In this document: piece after piece, positions 1-10,505 of the stretch
Layout of the letters: each line of letters opens with the position of its first letter
How positions within the stretch are numbered: the first letter of the stretch is position 1
Assembly (NCBI GenBank): GCA_963708075.1
Contig: OY970194.1
Span: 3,232,001 to 3,296,000 of the forward strand
From: Sedimentisphaerales bacterium
GTDB lineage: Bacteria; Planctomycetota; Phycisphaerae; Sedimentisphaerales; Anaerobacaceae
DNA length: 64,000 nucleotides
Reading direction: 5' to 3'
Made by a program: the position numbers and the translations under genes
The notes under the pieces: model-generated
Database searches by the model: none
What the model was told of the DNA's origin: nothing
The model's input: only the letters and a program-made list of their open reading frames with translations

Positions 1-1005
1 CGAGGGATGGCGAATGAGGTGATCCATCGTGCCATTGTTGGCCAGACACACGGTCAGCCCCGTGCCAAGAGCCGCCTGGCATGAGATGCTGGCATTGGGC
101 AGCACGCCGATATCGGCGGCATTGTACAGTTCATTCAATCTCACCTGTTCCGCGAAAGGCAGGCAATGAACACGGGCGGCCGCCGGGCTCTGCCGAATGG
201 ATTGTTCCAGCCTCGTCGACACAGCATCGTCGCCAAAGCCCACGAGGATCGCGTGCAACGTGGGCCGGGCTTGCAGGGCGGAACAAATCGCCCTCACCGT
301 GTTACGGTTGCGTTCTTCCTTCCGTGCCACAGAGAATCGACATGAGAAGATGACCACCACGTCGGTTGGAGCGATGCCAAGTTTCTCCCGTGTCGATTGG
401 GAAGTCGATGCGCACCATTGATAGACATGAGGAGAGAACCCGAGAGGCAGGTGCAGTATACGGCGATCGATCTCTTCTCGTTCCTTCGCAGAGAACAAGA
501 GATGCAGAATCCCACGAGTCTCGGGGACTGTCACGAAGATGCAACTACTCCGGCGGCAAGCTTCACGCGTGATCCGGCCCCGTAGAATGCGCCAACTGAT
601 GGCATGTAGTCTCTGGCAAAGCCGAATCCCCCGCTTTCGCCAATCGAACTCGTGCATCCCTCGATTGAGACCGAAGAAGCTCACGATTGGCGCCTCATTG
701 TACGATATCAGGTCTCGGCCAAAGAACTGCTCGACCTGAAACCAGAGAATCAACTGCGGTGCGTACTCGGCGACCATGGTCCGCAAACCGGACGAAAGGA
801 GTACTCCGTGCGGCCACCGTCGCGCAGGCAGAGCACACAGTTCATAGGCCTGGGCACTGATCGACGTTGTGGGCGGACCGCCATTGGAACAGGTTGCCGA
901 GAACACACGAACAGAATGCCCGGCGCGCGACAGTTCTTCCGCCCAGAAGTTCTCCTGATAGCCCCAGCCCGCACGAAAGGTTCCGGATATGATCGCAATT
1001 CGCAT
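1..1005 (-). CDS. glycosyltransferase family 4 protein (3' end runs off the window)
   Basis: Not in the ORF track. Manual translation from ATG at 1005 gives MRIAIISGTFRAGWGYQENFWAEELSRAGHSVRVFS, a typical GT-B N-terminus that resembles the neighbouring GT4 (LGYQE...GHDVHIVT). Confidence 0.8.
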   Translation of the reverse strand, partial: MRIAIISGTFRAGWGYQENFWAEELSRAGHSVRVFSATCSNGGPPTTSISAQAYELCALPARRWPHGVLLSSGLRTMVAEYAPQLILWFQVEQFFGRDLISYNEAPIVSFFGLNRGMHEFDWRKRGIRLCQRLHAISWRILRGRITREACRRSSCIFVTVPETRGILHLLFSAKEREEIDRRILHLPLGFSPHVYQWCASTSQSTREKLGIAPTDVVVIFSCRFSVARKEERNRNTVRAICSALQARPTLHAILVGFGDDAVSTRLEQSIRQSPAAARVHCLPFAEQVRLNELYNAADIGVLPNASISCQAALGTGLTVCLANNGTMDHLIRHPS

Positions 1006-1006
1006 C

Positions 1007-2308
1007 TCATACGCTCCGGTATGTCGCGATGGCCTCTCTCATGAGTTCTTCCGACCGTCGCGCCACGGCGTCATAGGAGAAGTGCCTCAGGACTGCGGCC
1101 CTGCCGCGCCGGCCCAGGTTCTTTCGCAGCACATTATCTTGCACGAGCTGCTGAATCTTGGCTTGCAGGTCATCCACGTTGCCTGACTCGTAGCACATTC
1201 CCACGCCGTGCTCAGCTCGCCAACGGCTGGCCGGCAGGTCGGTCATGATGACGGGCAGTTCACACGCCGCTGCCTCCAGGCAGCTCAGCGACGTGCCGGC
1301 CGGATAGACGGCTATTTCCGCCATCGAGTACACTGCCGCCAGTTCCGTGACTGGAACAAGCGGGATAAAGTGCACCTGGCCGGGCACCCCAAGCGACTCG
1401 GCCGGGGCCCGCACGCGGGAAAGGTATTCTTCGTCGCCGCCTCCCACGAACACAAGATGCAGGTGCGCGTTATCCCTCAGAAGAGGAGCTACGGCCTCAG
1501 CCAGCAAATGCGGTGCCTTGCGAGGTGCCAGCTTGCCCGTCTGAAGAACGACTGTTGCCCGTTCCGGCAGCCCGAATCGATGGCGAGTGGTCGCCCGCGT
1601 CTCGCCGCCGGGTTGAAAAAGGTCTGTATCTACCGCCAAAGGAAGGCACTCAATGGCGCAGGGGTCGATGCCCTGCTCTCTCGCAAGGAAGTCGCAGCAC
1701 TCGTCCGCCACGCCTAGGAACTTGTATGCTGTCCTGCCCAGCAATCGCGGGGAGAGAAACCGGAGGAGCCGGTAATAAATGGCCCCGTAAAGCCGCCGGT
1801 TACGGCTGGAAAAGACCATATGATTATCTATCAGCATCGGCAGTCCGAGACGCCGGGCAAGCCGTGCAGCCCGGAACACCGCCGGTGAGCCGGTCCCGTG
1901 CACGAACAGCACGTCCGGACCAATCCGCGAGATCGTCTCCTCCATCTTCAGCAACCATGGACGAGATTTCACCTCGAACGCAACCGGCAGGCGATGGATA
2001 TGTACCCCCTCGATCACGGACACGCCCCGCGGGAGTATCCGTGGGCCCAGCAGCTTGCCCCAGGTTGCCTCATAGCTTCGGATGGGCGTATAACGGTCTG
2101 ATGTGACAATATGCACGTCATGCCCGTGCCTTCGGTTCCACTTTGGAAGGAGGAATTCTTGATACCCCAACTGGGGCATCAGGTAGTCGACCACGTGAAC
2201 GATGCGGAACTTGTCCTGCTCCGGCGTATCGGCCGTACTCACACGCCTGCTGGCAGGCGTCGTCAGCTTCGCTCCGCAATGCCCGTTCCTCATCGAGACG
2301 CTCCGCAT
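1007..2308 (-). CDS. glycosyltransferase family 4 (GT-B)
   Basis: 433 aa ORF with motifs VDTDLF, TGKLAPRK and LEAAACELPVI. The exact start is uncertain. Confidence 0.9.
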   Translation of the reverse strand: MRSVSMRNGHCGAKLTTPASRRVSTADTPEQDKFRIVHVVDYLMPQLGYQEFLLPKWNRRHGHDVHIVTSDRYTPIRSYEATWGKLLGPRILPRGVSVIEGVHIHRLPVAFEVKSRPWLLKMEETISRIGPDVLFVHGTGSPAVFRAARLARRLGLPMLIDNHMVFSSRNRRLYGAIYYRLLRFLSPRLLGRTAYKFLGVADECCDFLAREQGIDPCAIECLPLAVDTDLFQPGGETRATTRHRFGLPERATVVLQTGKLAPRKAPHLLAEAVAPLLRDNAHLHLVFVGGGDEEYLSRVRAPAESLGVPGQVHFIPLVPVTELAAVYSMAEIAVYPAGTSLSCLEAAACELPVIMTDLPASRWRAEHGVGMCYESGNVDDLQAKIQQLVQDNVLRKNLGRRGRAAVLRHFSYDAVARRSEELMREAIATYRSV

Positions 2309-2315
2309 GATTAGC

Positions 2316-3761
2316 CTAACACTGTTCCTGATAGGAGAGCCCCTCGTAAGATATTCGTGGGCACCTTGTTCCCGTCAGCATCGAAACACATGAATTGAAC
2401 AGGACCACCTGAACGCCAAAGGCCAAACTGACATCAATCGCCAGACTGTAGAGGCCATGCCCCCGGGCATACATCAACAGTGAACTGTATCCCACGGCAA
2501 GGTAGATATAAGGCCACACATTGCCGGTCCGAAGCATCGAAAGGTAGAAGAAGAAAACACGGTTCAGAAGATAGAATATGAGCGTCACACAAAGCACTCC
2601 AAACACGTGGAAGTTCCAGAAGTACTCCGCATACACATTGATTCCGGTGGAACACCCCGTCCGTCGCCACGCCGGGTTCCAATGGGTCGTGTATATGTCC
2701 ACCATACTCTTGGGTTTATTCGGCCAGATCGATCGCGGCACAGCAATAAAGATGACTTTGGCAAGCGTGCTGCCATAACACAGGAGTGACCGATCCTTCA
2801 GAACATAATGGATGGCGTTGTTTGAATGGAAGAACGTCGTCGGGCCCTCCGTCTGCTTGAGGGAGTAGGTCATCACGTTCTCAAGCCCCACGAACTTGTC
2901 TATGCTGGCGAATGTCTGCCAATAAGAGCCTTTGAAACCATCGATTCCCCTGGCGATTGTCATGGTCATCTGAAGGACGACGACCAAGGCGAGGACGGCA
3001 AGACACCCCAAGACCCGCCGGAGCGATAGACGAAGGCCTTCTTGAAGATGAGCCGCTTCGATAAAGGCAAGGGAAACCACGAGTACGAGAACCACCCTCC
3101 TATTCTCATAGTTGGCAGCGGCGAACAACAGCAGCAGGCCGACATACGCCAGGAATCGGTATCGCCACCTGGCCCTCGCCAGCGTAATCGAAATCACAAG
3201 GAACCCGAACATCCGCGGGATGGTAGAGAAGTTTCCGGATCCGCCGAATACGGAAAGTCCCACGCTCACGACGGAGAATACCGACAGGAGAATGCCACCG
3301 ATGATCAGTTGAGGAATATAGGGCCGGAGAGAACTCCGTACCGGATGCGGGTCGCCCGCAGGTCGTCCTCTCTTCGCCAGGAAGAACGCGAAGACAGCAC
3401 ATATGTTGCACATCATGAAATAGAATGTTGCGAAGTTGTAGCGGTCCCACCGGCCGAAATCCACAAGATCCTTTGGGGAGAGCACATAGCCGTTCGCGAA
3501 GGCAAATCCGCCTATCACAAAGGAAAGACAGACGTAGCTGACGATCAGAAAGGACGGGGAGAAGAGAAATGCGGCGCGATCCCGTGCATTGAAGAAGACG
3601 GGCAGAAGAAGAAGATAGTGGGCAAGGTACACAATGTGTGTATGGGCCTTCAGGAAGTCCTGGGGGACCAGAAGCACGCTGTAGATCAGCGCCGCCTGTG
3701 CACCGAACACAGCGAGTGCCACTCTCATATCCCGCAAGGAGCCCGGCAGATTGCCCATCAA
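2316..3761 (-). CDS. wzy: O-antigen/polysaccharide polymerase (Wzy-like)
   Basis: 481 aa with many hydrophobic segments and the motifs VPRSIWPNKP and YAEYFWNF. It lies between wzx and the GTs. Confidence 0.75.
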   Translation of the reverse strand: MMGNLPGSLRDMRVALAVFGAQAALIYSVLLVPQDFLKAHTHIVYLAHYLLLLPVFFNARDRAAFLFSPSFLIVSYVCLSFVIGGFAFANGYVLSPKDLVDFGRWDRYNFATFYFMMCNICAVFAFFLAKRGRPAGDPHPVRSSLRPYIPQLIIGGILLSVFSVVSVGLSVFGGSGNFSTIPRMFGFLVISITLARARWRYRFLAYVGLLLLFAAANYENRRVVLVLVVSLAFIEAAHLQEGLRLSLRRVLGCLAVLALVVVLQMTMTIARGIDGFKGSYWQTFASIDKFVGLENVMTYSLKQTEGPTTFFHSNNAIHYVLKDRSLLCYGSTLAKVIFIAVPRSIWPNKPKSMVDIYTTHWNPAWRRTGCSTGINVYAEYFWNFHVFGVLCVTLIFYLLNRVFFFYLSMLRTGNVWPYIYLAVGYSSLLMYARGHGLYSLAIDVSLAFGVQVVLFNSCVSMLTGTRCPRISYEGLSYQEQC

Positions 3762-5353
3762 GCACCCGCCTGTGATTCACAACATTTGCCCCTGGCAAAC
3801 GCAGATCGTATATATCGAGCGCTGCGTGCAAGGGTGCCAGGATCAACGGCCAAGATGCTCGCCACGTAGGTGGATATCCCCACCGATAACCCTATGACGA
3901 GCGTCTCTATCATGCCCATCTGTCGCGCGACCGTCGCTTTGACGATGCAGACCGCGAGAGCCATTACGACGGACGCCACGCATGCGGGCAGAAGCGTCCG
4001 GACGTACTGCCCGACCCGCACGTGAACCAGCCTGGAGGCCGCCAGCAGAAGCACCGGCAGAGACAGCAGCGACACAACGACCTGAGCCCAGGCGATGGCC
4101 ACAATGCCGGCGTGCACCGTCAAAAGAACGGCGATCAGCGTGAGGATCACGGTCATCCATTCCAGGCAGAAATGCCATCTCGGCCGGCCATACGCGAGCA
4201 CCAGGTACCGCTTCAGATAGCAGACCGTGCGGATCATGCCCACAAGGCTCAGGGCGCGCATCGCCGGCACCGCCGGCGTCCACTCGTCTCCGAAGACAAC
4301 GGCAACGATTTCCGGCGCGAGCACCGCGATTGCCGTGAAGACGGGAAATGAGAACAGGGCGATCTGGCCGGTCGCCTTGAGAAAGACGGCCCGTCCCTGC
4401 TCCGGCTGCTGCTGCAGTCGGGCGAAGGCCGGCAATGACACCTTGGCCACCACCCCGCTGATCATATCCTGGACCATGCGAGCACAACGGTACGCCACAC
4501 TGAACAATCCGACGGCCATCGGGCCCAGGAAGAGGCCGATGATCATATCCGCCGCATAGAGATGCGTGAACGAGGCGAGCTGACCGCCCACCACGTACTT
4601 GCCGAAGTCGAACATGTCCCGGAACTGCGCCCATCGGAAGCGCAGGTGAGGCCGCCAGTCACTTTGCCACCATATGACGATGGACTCACACGCGCGGGTA
4701 GTGATCTGGTAGAGCACGAGCGACCAGACGCCGCAGCCGTTCAACGCGGCCACCGTCCCGACCACTCCCCCTGCGGACACTCCGACCATGCTCGCAAGTG
4801 CGAGCGAACGAAACCGGAAATTGCGGAAATGCAGCGCCCGCTGCACGATGGTGAGCGCACCGATGATGAACAGCGGCGACAGGCCGCGCACGATCCCGGC
4901 CAGTCGCGGCTCATGGAAAACCCAGCCCACGACCGGCGCCCCTGCGACCGTGGCCAGGGCCAGCACCAGGCTCAGCGTCACATTCATCCAGAACGCCGCG
5001 TTCAGGTGATCCGGGTGAAGTTGTTCCCGCTGGATGACCGCATGTCCGAAGCCCTGGTCCTGGAAGACCATCAGGAAGCCAATGTAGACGCTGCTCAGGG
5101 CGACGAGGCCGAATGCCTGGGGGCCAAGCAGCCTCGCCAGGATGGCGAAGAACAGCAGCGTGAGCACCCGGTTGCCCCAGAGACATACGGCCGACCAGAA
5201 GGTCGCATGGAGGATCTTCTGCCGAGAGATCGGGGGCGAAGCTTTGGCTTGCGAGCCATCCGCGGCGAGGTCTTCCGATTTTATGGCGCTGTCAGTCGTG
5301 GTATCGATGCTCCGAAATGCACGCAACGGTTTTCCGGCGTCGCATCGGTTCAT
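3758..5353 (-). CDS. wzx: polysaccharide flippase (Wzx/PST family)
   Basis: Motifs LARLLGPQAFGLVA and DQGFGHAVIQ, with ~12 TM segments. Start placed at ATG 5353 because of its ATGA overlap with the upstream stop. Confidence 0.9.
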   Translation of the reverse strand: MNRCDAGKPLRAFRSIDTTTDSAIKSEDLAADGSQAKASPPISRQKILHATFWSAVCLWGNRVLTLLFFAILARLLGPQAFGLVALSSVYIGFLMVFQDQGFGHAVIQREQLHPDHLNAAFWMNVTLSLVLALATVAGAPVVGWVFHEPRLAGIVRGLSPLFIIGALTIVQRALHFRNFRFRSLALASMVGVSAGGVVGTVAALNGCGVWSLVLYQITTRACESIVIWWQSDWRPHLRFRWAQFRDMFDFGKYVVGGQLASFTHLYAADMIIGLFLGPMAVGLFSVAYRCARMVQDMISGVVAKVSLPAFARLQQQPEQGRAVFLKATGQIALFSFPVFTAIAVLAPEIVAVVFGDEWTPAVPAMRALSLVGMIRTVCYLKRYLVLAYGRPRWHFCLEWMTVILTLIAVLLTVHAGIVAIAWAQVVVSLLSLPVLLLAASRLVHVRVGQYVRTLLPACVASVVMALAVCIVKATVARQMGMIETLVIGLSVGISTYVASILAVDPGTLARSARYIRSAFARGKCCESQAGA

Positions 5354-6165
5354 TTCGTCAGGACAAAATAGGCAGATGTGGGCCTGATCTTGTGGAAGAG
5401 CCGCGTTGCATGGTACCGCACGTTGCGCCGAAACAATCGGGAAAGGACGGCGTCCATACGGACCGCAACCGGGCAATTGAACGGGTGCATCCCGAGGCGA
5501 ACGCAAATCTTCGGAATTGGGGGACAAACGCACAAGCGACGGCTGATGACGCGGAAACCGACGCCGGCTATTATGGCATCAAGAATGTGGACCGGAATCC
5601 CTCGCTCCCGTTTGGTCGCACGCCGCCTCGGTTTTGACCAGTCCCCCATGGAGATGATCGGCTCGCGGAGCAGCAGGCACCCACCCGGCGAAAGGCACCT
5701 GTACAACTCCTTCACCACGGTCGTCACGTTCGGGATGTGATGGAGAACGCCGAGGCACGTTGCCAGTTCGAACGATCCATCCTCGAAAGGCATGAGACCA
5801 TCCACAGACGGCTTGACATAGTCGCACGGCACCCCCCCCACATCCGTCATCTGGAATGCGTCCGACGGATCGACAACGGTGATACGGCCGATCTGGCTCA
5901 CGATCGGCAGGAACTCGTCGCCATACGCACTTCCCAGACCCAGGGCCGATCTGAATCTCCTGCCCCGGAGGAACCGGAAGCCGTGCAGCCGATTGAGCGC
6001 ATGGTACTCGTAGGTGTAGGACGCCCGGCTTTTGTCCCCAAGCTTCGCATAGCCCTCTCGCTCGTCCTCGTACCACCCGCGAATCTCGGGGAGACTGAAG
6101 TCGTCGCCGTAGAGTCTCGTCCCTGCCAGGTATTCGTTCATGCCAGCGTGCTCTGTCTGATCCAC
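5350..6165 (-). CDS. class I SAM-dependent methyltransferase
   Basis: Motifs ALGLGSAYG, PFEDGSFE, VLHHIPN and LSPGG. Confidence 0.85.
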   Translation of the reverse strand: MDQTEHAGMNEYLAGTRLYGDDFSLPEIRGWYEDEREGYAKLGDKSRASYTYEYHALNRLHGFRFLRGRRFRSALGLGSAYGDEFLPIVSQIGRITVVDPSDAFQMTDVGGVPCDYVKPSVDGLMPFEDGSFELATCLGVLHHIPNVTTVVKELYRCLSPGGCLLLREPIISMGDWSKPRRRATKRERGIPVHILDAIIAGVGFRVISRRLCVCPPIPKICVRLGMHPFNCPVAVRMDAVLSRLFRRNVRYHATRLFHKIRPTSAYFVLTK

Positions 6166-6235
6166 TGAGAGGCGCCTTGGAAGGAAGCTATTGGAGCGGA
6201 TGTTCCGGGCTAATGAGCAGGACAGATGCCGAGCG

Positions 6236-7243
6236 TCAAGGATGCGTCACCAGCTCTTCAGGGGCCGGCGTTTCCTCCACAGCGGCCTTTTTCTGCCCGT
6301 TGTGGCCGGGGGCGCCAGCTCGTCGGCATGCGGCGGCCTTTCGCCACCGGGTCGCACGCTGGAATTGCCGGGCCATGCCGGTCTGCCTGGTCTCCTCGCG
6401 GTATTCCAGGAAGAACGCCAGAAACACGGCCAACGTGAGAGAACCCGCGCCGGCCATCGTCACCATCTTTCTCCTATGCGGCGCGAATTTCCGCATCGGC
6501 GGGACGGCCTCATCGAGGACCTGGATGGTCGGCATACTCTTGGCCTCTTCGATCTTCGCCATCTCGTATTCCCGGATGAGAAGCTCATAGAGCGTCTCCT
6601 GCACCCTCGCCTCGTGAGTGGGGATCGTCTCAATCCGGCTGAATTTCTCCTCGATCTCTTTCAAGCGGTTTTCAAGGAACAACCGCTTGCCCGTCGCGTG
6701 GCCGGTGGACAGCCTCTTGTTCTGCCGATCCAGCGCTTCCACATAGGCGTTGGCGATCGCGGCGGCGCGGACCGGATCTTCATCGACGACGGAAATCTCC
6801 ACGATGCCCTCCTCGCCGACCTTAATGCTGGAGTTCGCCCGGAGTCGATCCACCGCCCGCCATTTGCACTCGCGACATTCATACACCTGTATCAGGTTGA
6901 AGCGGTCCACGATGGTGTCAAGCACAACGCGGCTCTTCAGAATCCCCACGTAGAGATCCGCAATGTCGCCTGTGTTCATTGCCTTTCGAAACAGTGCGCC
7001 TTCGCCGCCGCTCAGGAGGCCGCCAACCACCATGCCCAGATCGCTGCTCTGCACGGATGCCGGCAAGACGACGGAGACCGTCGCGCGATAGGTCTCCCTC
7101 ATGACCAGGCTCCAGGCGGCCGTGGCCATGACAATCGGCACACAAACCAGCAGCACCAGCCGCCAATGCCTCAGCACGATGCGAACGAAATCGAAGATGC
7201 TGGCTTCGTGAATGCCGGATGGTGTCTGTACGTCCATTATCAC
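6236..7243 (-). CDS. Wzz/GNVR-type polysaccharide chain-length (co-polymerase) protein, no kinase domain
   Basis: N- and C-terminal TM helices with YRATVSVV, PVRAAAIANAYV and IQVLDEAVPP..P. Confidence 0.85.
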   Translation of the reverse strand: MIMDVQTPSGIHEASIFDFVRIVLRHWRLVLLVCVPIVMATAAWSLVMRETYRATVSVVLPASVQSSDLGMVVGGLLSGGEGALFRKAMNTGDIADLYVGILKSRVVLDTIVDRFNLIQVYECRECKWRAVDRLRANSSIKVGEEGIVEISVVDEDPVRAAAIANAYVEALDRQNKRLSTGHATGKRLFLENRLKEIEEKFSRIETIPTHEARVQETLYELLIREYEMAKIEEAKSMPTIQVLDEAVPPMRKFAPHRRKMVTMAGAGSLTLAVFLAFFLEYREETRQTGMARQFQRATRWRKAAACRRAGAPGHNGQKKAAVEETPAPEELVTHP

Positions 7244-7302
7244 TCCGTTACGTGTTGACCACTCGCGTACTCGTGGCCGCTGCTGTCGATCCGACGCCGC
7301 TG

Positions 7303-10086
7303 TCAGATCGCAAACGCGATGCCCGCGGCGACGGCAATCTGGAAGATGATCTGGGTCAGGTCCTTCGTGGTCTTGAGCCAGAAGAAGCGGTCCATCTTCC
7401 GCGGCACAACGATGGTGTCGCCCGGCTCCATCTCCATGCCCATGAAGCCGCTGAAGAGCCAGGAATTCTGCTTGGAATCCCAGAGGACAAACTTGCCGCG
7501 ATTGCCCTGCTCCATACTGACCACGGAGCCATCGGCCTTGATGACGCTCACCTGTTTCTTCTCGGCGTCCTTCGTCATCCCGCCGACTCTGTGAAGATAG
7601 TAGTTGACGGTCCGACCTTTCTCGTACTGCAGCGAAGTCTGGTTGAATACTTCGCCGATTACGTGCACCACGGCGGGCATGGCCGGAACGGTCAGAGTAT
7701 CTCCGTTCTCAAGTTCAAAGTCGTACCTGGAACCCCTCAATTCCCCTGGTTCCGACAGTCTTACCACCACGCGGCCGGTCACCTTGGCTGTCCGCAGTTT
7801 TGTGAGCAACTCCCGATTCGTTGCCAGCGCCGCCTGCTGAGCTTTGACGTCTTCGGCGCCGAGAGCACCGCCCGTCGCCTCGCCTGCGCTGGTCAACATC
7901 GATTGCTCGATTTCCGTGATCAACTTGTTAAGCCGATCTGTCTGGACTTCCTTGGCGCTTTCCCGGGTGAAGACCGCTCCCTTCAGGTACGCCTTATCGG
8001 TATACCCTCCCGCCCGCTCGATGAGCGAGCTGAGGGGCTCACCCTTCGCGATCGGGTAAGTTCCGGGGAACCTCACCTGTCCCTCGATCATGGCGGCGCG
8101 GCCGAAATCCAACTCCGGAATGGGCCGAATGGTCAAGTGGTCATAGTCCTGCAGTGCGATGTTGTGCTGGGGATCCCCTGCCAGGGCCTTCTCCAGATTG
8201 ATCGTGATCTTCTCGATGGTCATTCCGTCCTGGCTGACGTGGCTTCGCGTCAGCTCGGCCGCACGAAGATAGGCGGTCTTCTGCAGACCGCCTGCCGCAT
8301 CGATCAGATTCTTGACCCGCATCCCCTCGACCAGCCTGTATTCATTGGGCTCGTACACCATCCCGTTGATCGTGACGCTGCGTTTGTCCTTCTCATCCCA
8401 GCGGAAGATTCGAATGCGGTCGAAGCACGACAATTCGACGTTCGCGGACGAGTCGCCGCTCAGGACTTTGCCCGGGTCGAAGGAAATGGTGATCGGGTGC
8501 AAGTCGGGCGGTATGGAGCGCTCGATCTCGGCGTAGTCCAGATTCACCTGGGGCAGGAAGGCGTCGTAGTTGAGCACGTCGGACAGTCTCATGCCGGATT
8601 TGAACTGGTACTTGCCCGGACGAACGACGTGGCCCTCAAGTTCGATGATGTCCTTCGGGATTTCAGCCACGGGGAACACCTTCACCACATCGCCATCCTG
8701 GACCGTCGTCTCCATTCCCTCTCGGCGATCAGCCGGCGCCGTCCCCTCAGACAGATCGAAATCCACGACGGTCCGCTTCTGGTGGTCCGCCACGCGCTCG
8801 ACCTGGACCCGCTGGAGCCAGCCGGCAAAGGTGATCCCGCCCGCCAGGTCCAGCACCTCCTGCAGCTTCATGGGCTGGATCATCTCATAGATCGCGGGTC
8901 TCTTGACGTTGCCCGCCACGCCCACGACCGGGCCAATCAGCGGGATGAAGATGGTGTCCCCATCCTGCAGGCGCGCGTCCGTGCCCTTGTCGCCGCCCAT
9001 GAGGAAATCATAGAGATCGATCTGCACGGGGTCGGCCCCGCCGCGCAGCAGGCGGATCGTTCTGAGACTTCCATTCTTGGAGGGCCCCCCCGCCGCAAAC
9101 AGAGCGTTGATCGCCGTGGAGAGCGAGCTGATCGTGTACCCGCCGGGCGCAGACGCCTCGCCGACGATGAAGACGCGGATCGTGCGAAGCCGATCCATCG
9201 TGACCGACATCTTGAAGTCGGTGAATTTTCGAGACAGTTCGTGCTGCAGGTAGCCATGCAGCTCCCCGAACTTCATCCCCCATATTTTGATCGCTCCCAC
9301 CTCCGGCAGGACAATCTGGCCTTCCCGATCCACTTGCAGTATGTACTGAGCGTCGACGCGACCCCACATGGTCACGATAAACGCGTCTTCCGGTCCGATG
9401 ACGTAGTCCGGCCCGACGGGAACGTTAGTCACGGGGGCAAATGTGCTGACCGGCCTGCTGAACACGTCATACCCGAACTGCTGCAGGCTGGTGGATACCT
9501 CCATGGGCATCTTGCCGGAAAGCAGCAGTTCCGTCGTAGAAGGCTCAGGCTCCGTCACAGGGGGCTTCTCCTCCGCCTTCGAGGCTTCCTCCTCATCCGC
9601 AGCATTCGGGTCTTGAGTCTGTTGCTGCTCAGTCTGTTGCTGCTGAGCCTGTTGGCCCTGGACCTGCTGCATCTGGGCCTTCAGGATCGTCTGCGCCTGT
9701 CCCGGGGAGACTGTACCCGTGGGAGCCGCCGGCCCTGGCGCCGTTCCCTGGGGTGGTCTTTGAGGAACAGTCTGGTTTGGGGCAGGCGCAGTCTGTGCGC
9801 CTGTGGGGGCGGTCGCCGCAGCAAGGACCGACACCATCGCAATAACCAGGCAAAGAGACGCGCCGAGACGACGGTCAGGTGAGATTACGCCAGGCGGCCT
9901 GTCCAGCCGCCCAGGCGTGGAGAGTCCGATAGAGTCGCAATCCTTGCGACTGTCCTGAGTCCAACGGCCAAGGAGTACCATTCCACAATCCTTTGTGTCA
10001 GTCAAACCAGCCCGGCTACTGTATCGACTATGAGCCCGCGCACCGCCGCCATCAGGGTCACCCCATAGCCGCCCGAGCTGTGTCAT
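7303..10086 (-). CDS. polysaccharide export protein, Wza-like with multiple SLBB domains
   Basis: Poly_export motif PDYVIGPED and repeated GxVxxPGxY...AGG SLBB units. The signal-like segment is at about aa 73-94, so the true start may be downstream. Confidence 0.9.
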   Translation of the reverse strand: MTQLGRLWGDPDGGGARAHSRYSSRAGLTDTKDCGMVLLGRWTQDSRKDCDSIGLSTPGRLDRPPGVISPDRRLGASLCLVIAMVSVLAAATAPTGAQTAPAPNQTVPQRPPQGTAPGPAAPTGTVSPGQAQTILKAQMQQVQGQQAQQQQTEQQQTQDPNAADEEEASKAEEKPPVTEPEPSTTELLLSGKMPMEVSTSLQQFGYDVFSRPVSTFAPVTNVPVGPDYVIGPEDAFIVTMWGRVDAQYILQVDREGQIVLPEVGAIKIWGMKFGELHGYLQHELSRKFTDFKMSVTMDRLRTIRVFIVGEASAPGGYTISSLSTAINALFAAGGPSKNGSLRTIRLLRGGADPVQIDLYDFLMGGDKGTDARLQDGDTIFIPLIGPVVGVAGNVKRPAIYEMIQPMKLQEVLDLAGGITFAGWLQRVQVERVADHQKRTVVDFDLSEGTAPADRREGMETTVQDGDVVKVFPVAEIPKDIIELEGHVVRPGKYQFKSGMRLSDVLNYDAFLPQVNLDYAEIERSIPPDLHPITISFDPGKVLSGDSSANVELSCFDRIRIFRWDEKDKRSVTINGMVYEPNEYRLVEGMRVKNLIDAAGGLQKTAYLRAAELTRSHVSQDGMTIEKITINLEKALAGDPQHNIALQDYDHLTIRPIPELDFGRAAMIEGQVRFPGTYPIAKGEPLSSLIERAGGYTDKAYLKGAVFTRESAKEVQTDRLNKLITEIEQSMLTSAGEATGGALGAEDVKAQQAALATNRELLTKLRTAKVTGRVVVRLSEPGELRGSRYDFELENGDTLTVPAMPAVVHVIGEVFNQTSLQYEKGRTVNYYLHRVGGMTKDAEKKQVSVIKADGSVVSMEQGNRGKFVLWDSKQNSWLFSGFMGMEMEPGDTIVVPRKMDRFFWLKTTKDLTQIIFQIAVAAGIAFAI

Positions 10087-10133
10087 TTACCCATTTTCCC
10101 CTCGTCCAATTGGCATCAGCCAACCCACCATTC

Positions 10134-10162
10134 TTATCGGACAGGCGGCTTGGAAATCTTCA
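10134..10162 (-). promoter_or_regulatory. sigma-28-like promoter, copy 1, upstream of the Wza-like gene
   Basis: Minus strand reads TGAAGATTTCC-aagccg-CCTGTCCGATAA (TGAAG-N16-TCCGATAA). Confidence 0.55.
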
Positions 10163-10288
10163 TACAGACCACGAACGTTGATCGGATTGCCGTGAGCCGG
10201 CGCACGTTGCCAAGTGTCCAGACTCCGTCCCCGTGGGCGGCGATATCGTCCCCACAACGTTAAGCCACTGACTCGAATGGATACCTGT

Positions 10289-10317
10289 TTATCGGACAGG
10301 TCGATGGGAAATCTTCA
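10289..10317 (-). promoter_or_regulatory. sigma-28-like promoter, copy 2, upstream of the Wza-like gene
   Basis: Minus strand reads TGAAGATTTCC-catcga-CCTGTCCGATAA, a direct repeat of 10134-10162. Confidence 0.55.
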
Positions 10318-10505
10318 CCGTTTGGACCGCTAATACGAGTGAATCTCGCATGTGCGTGAGAACCCGCCGGGGGAATAGTCCGAGAATTTTCTACATAGCA
10401 GCGAAATTTGCATCCATGAAAGAGACCTTGTTTGACGATGGTGGAGGAAAGAATGTAGTGGCCTTAGGCCATGGATGGCTGTGTAGTCTGTTCGCGAACC
10501 GGGGT

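Noticed and set aside
7219..9882. 887-aa + strand ORF (also 43156-45849, 39660-41765, 37455-39479, 26622-28481, 19200-20831 and similar)
   Set aside because: These are antisense shadows of well-supported genes in GC-rich DNA and show no recognisable motifs.
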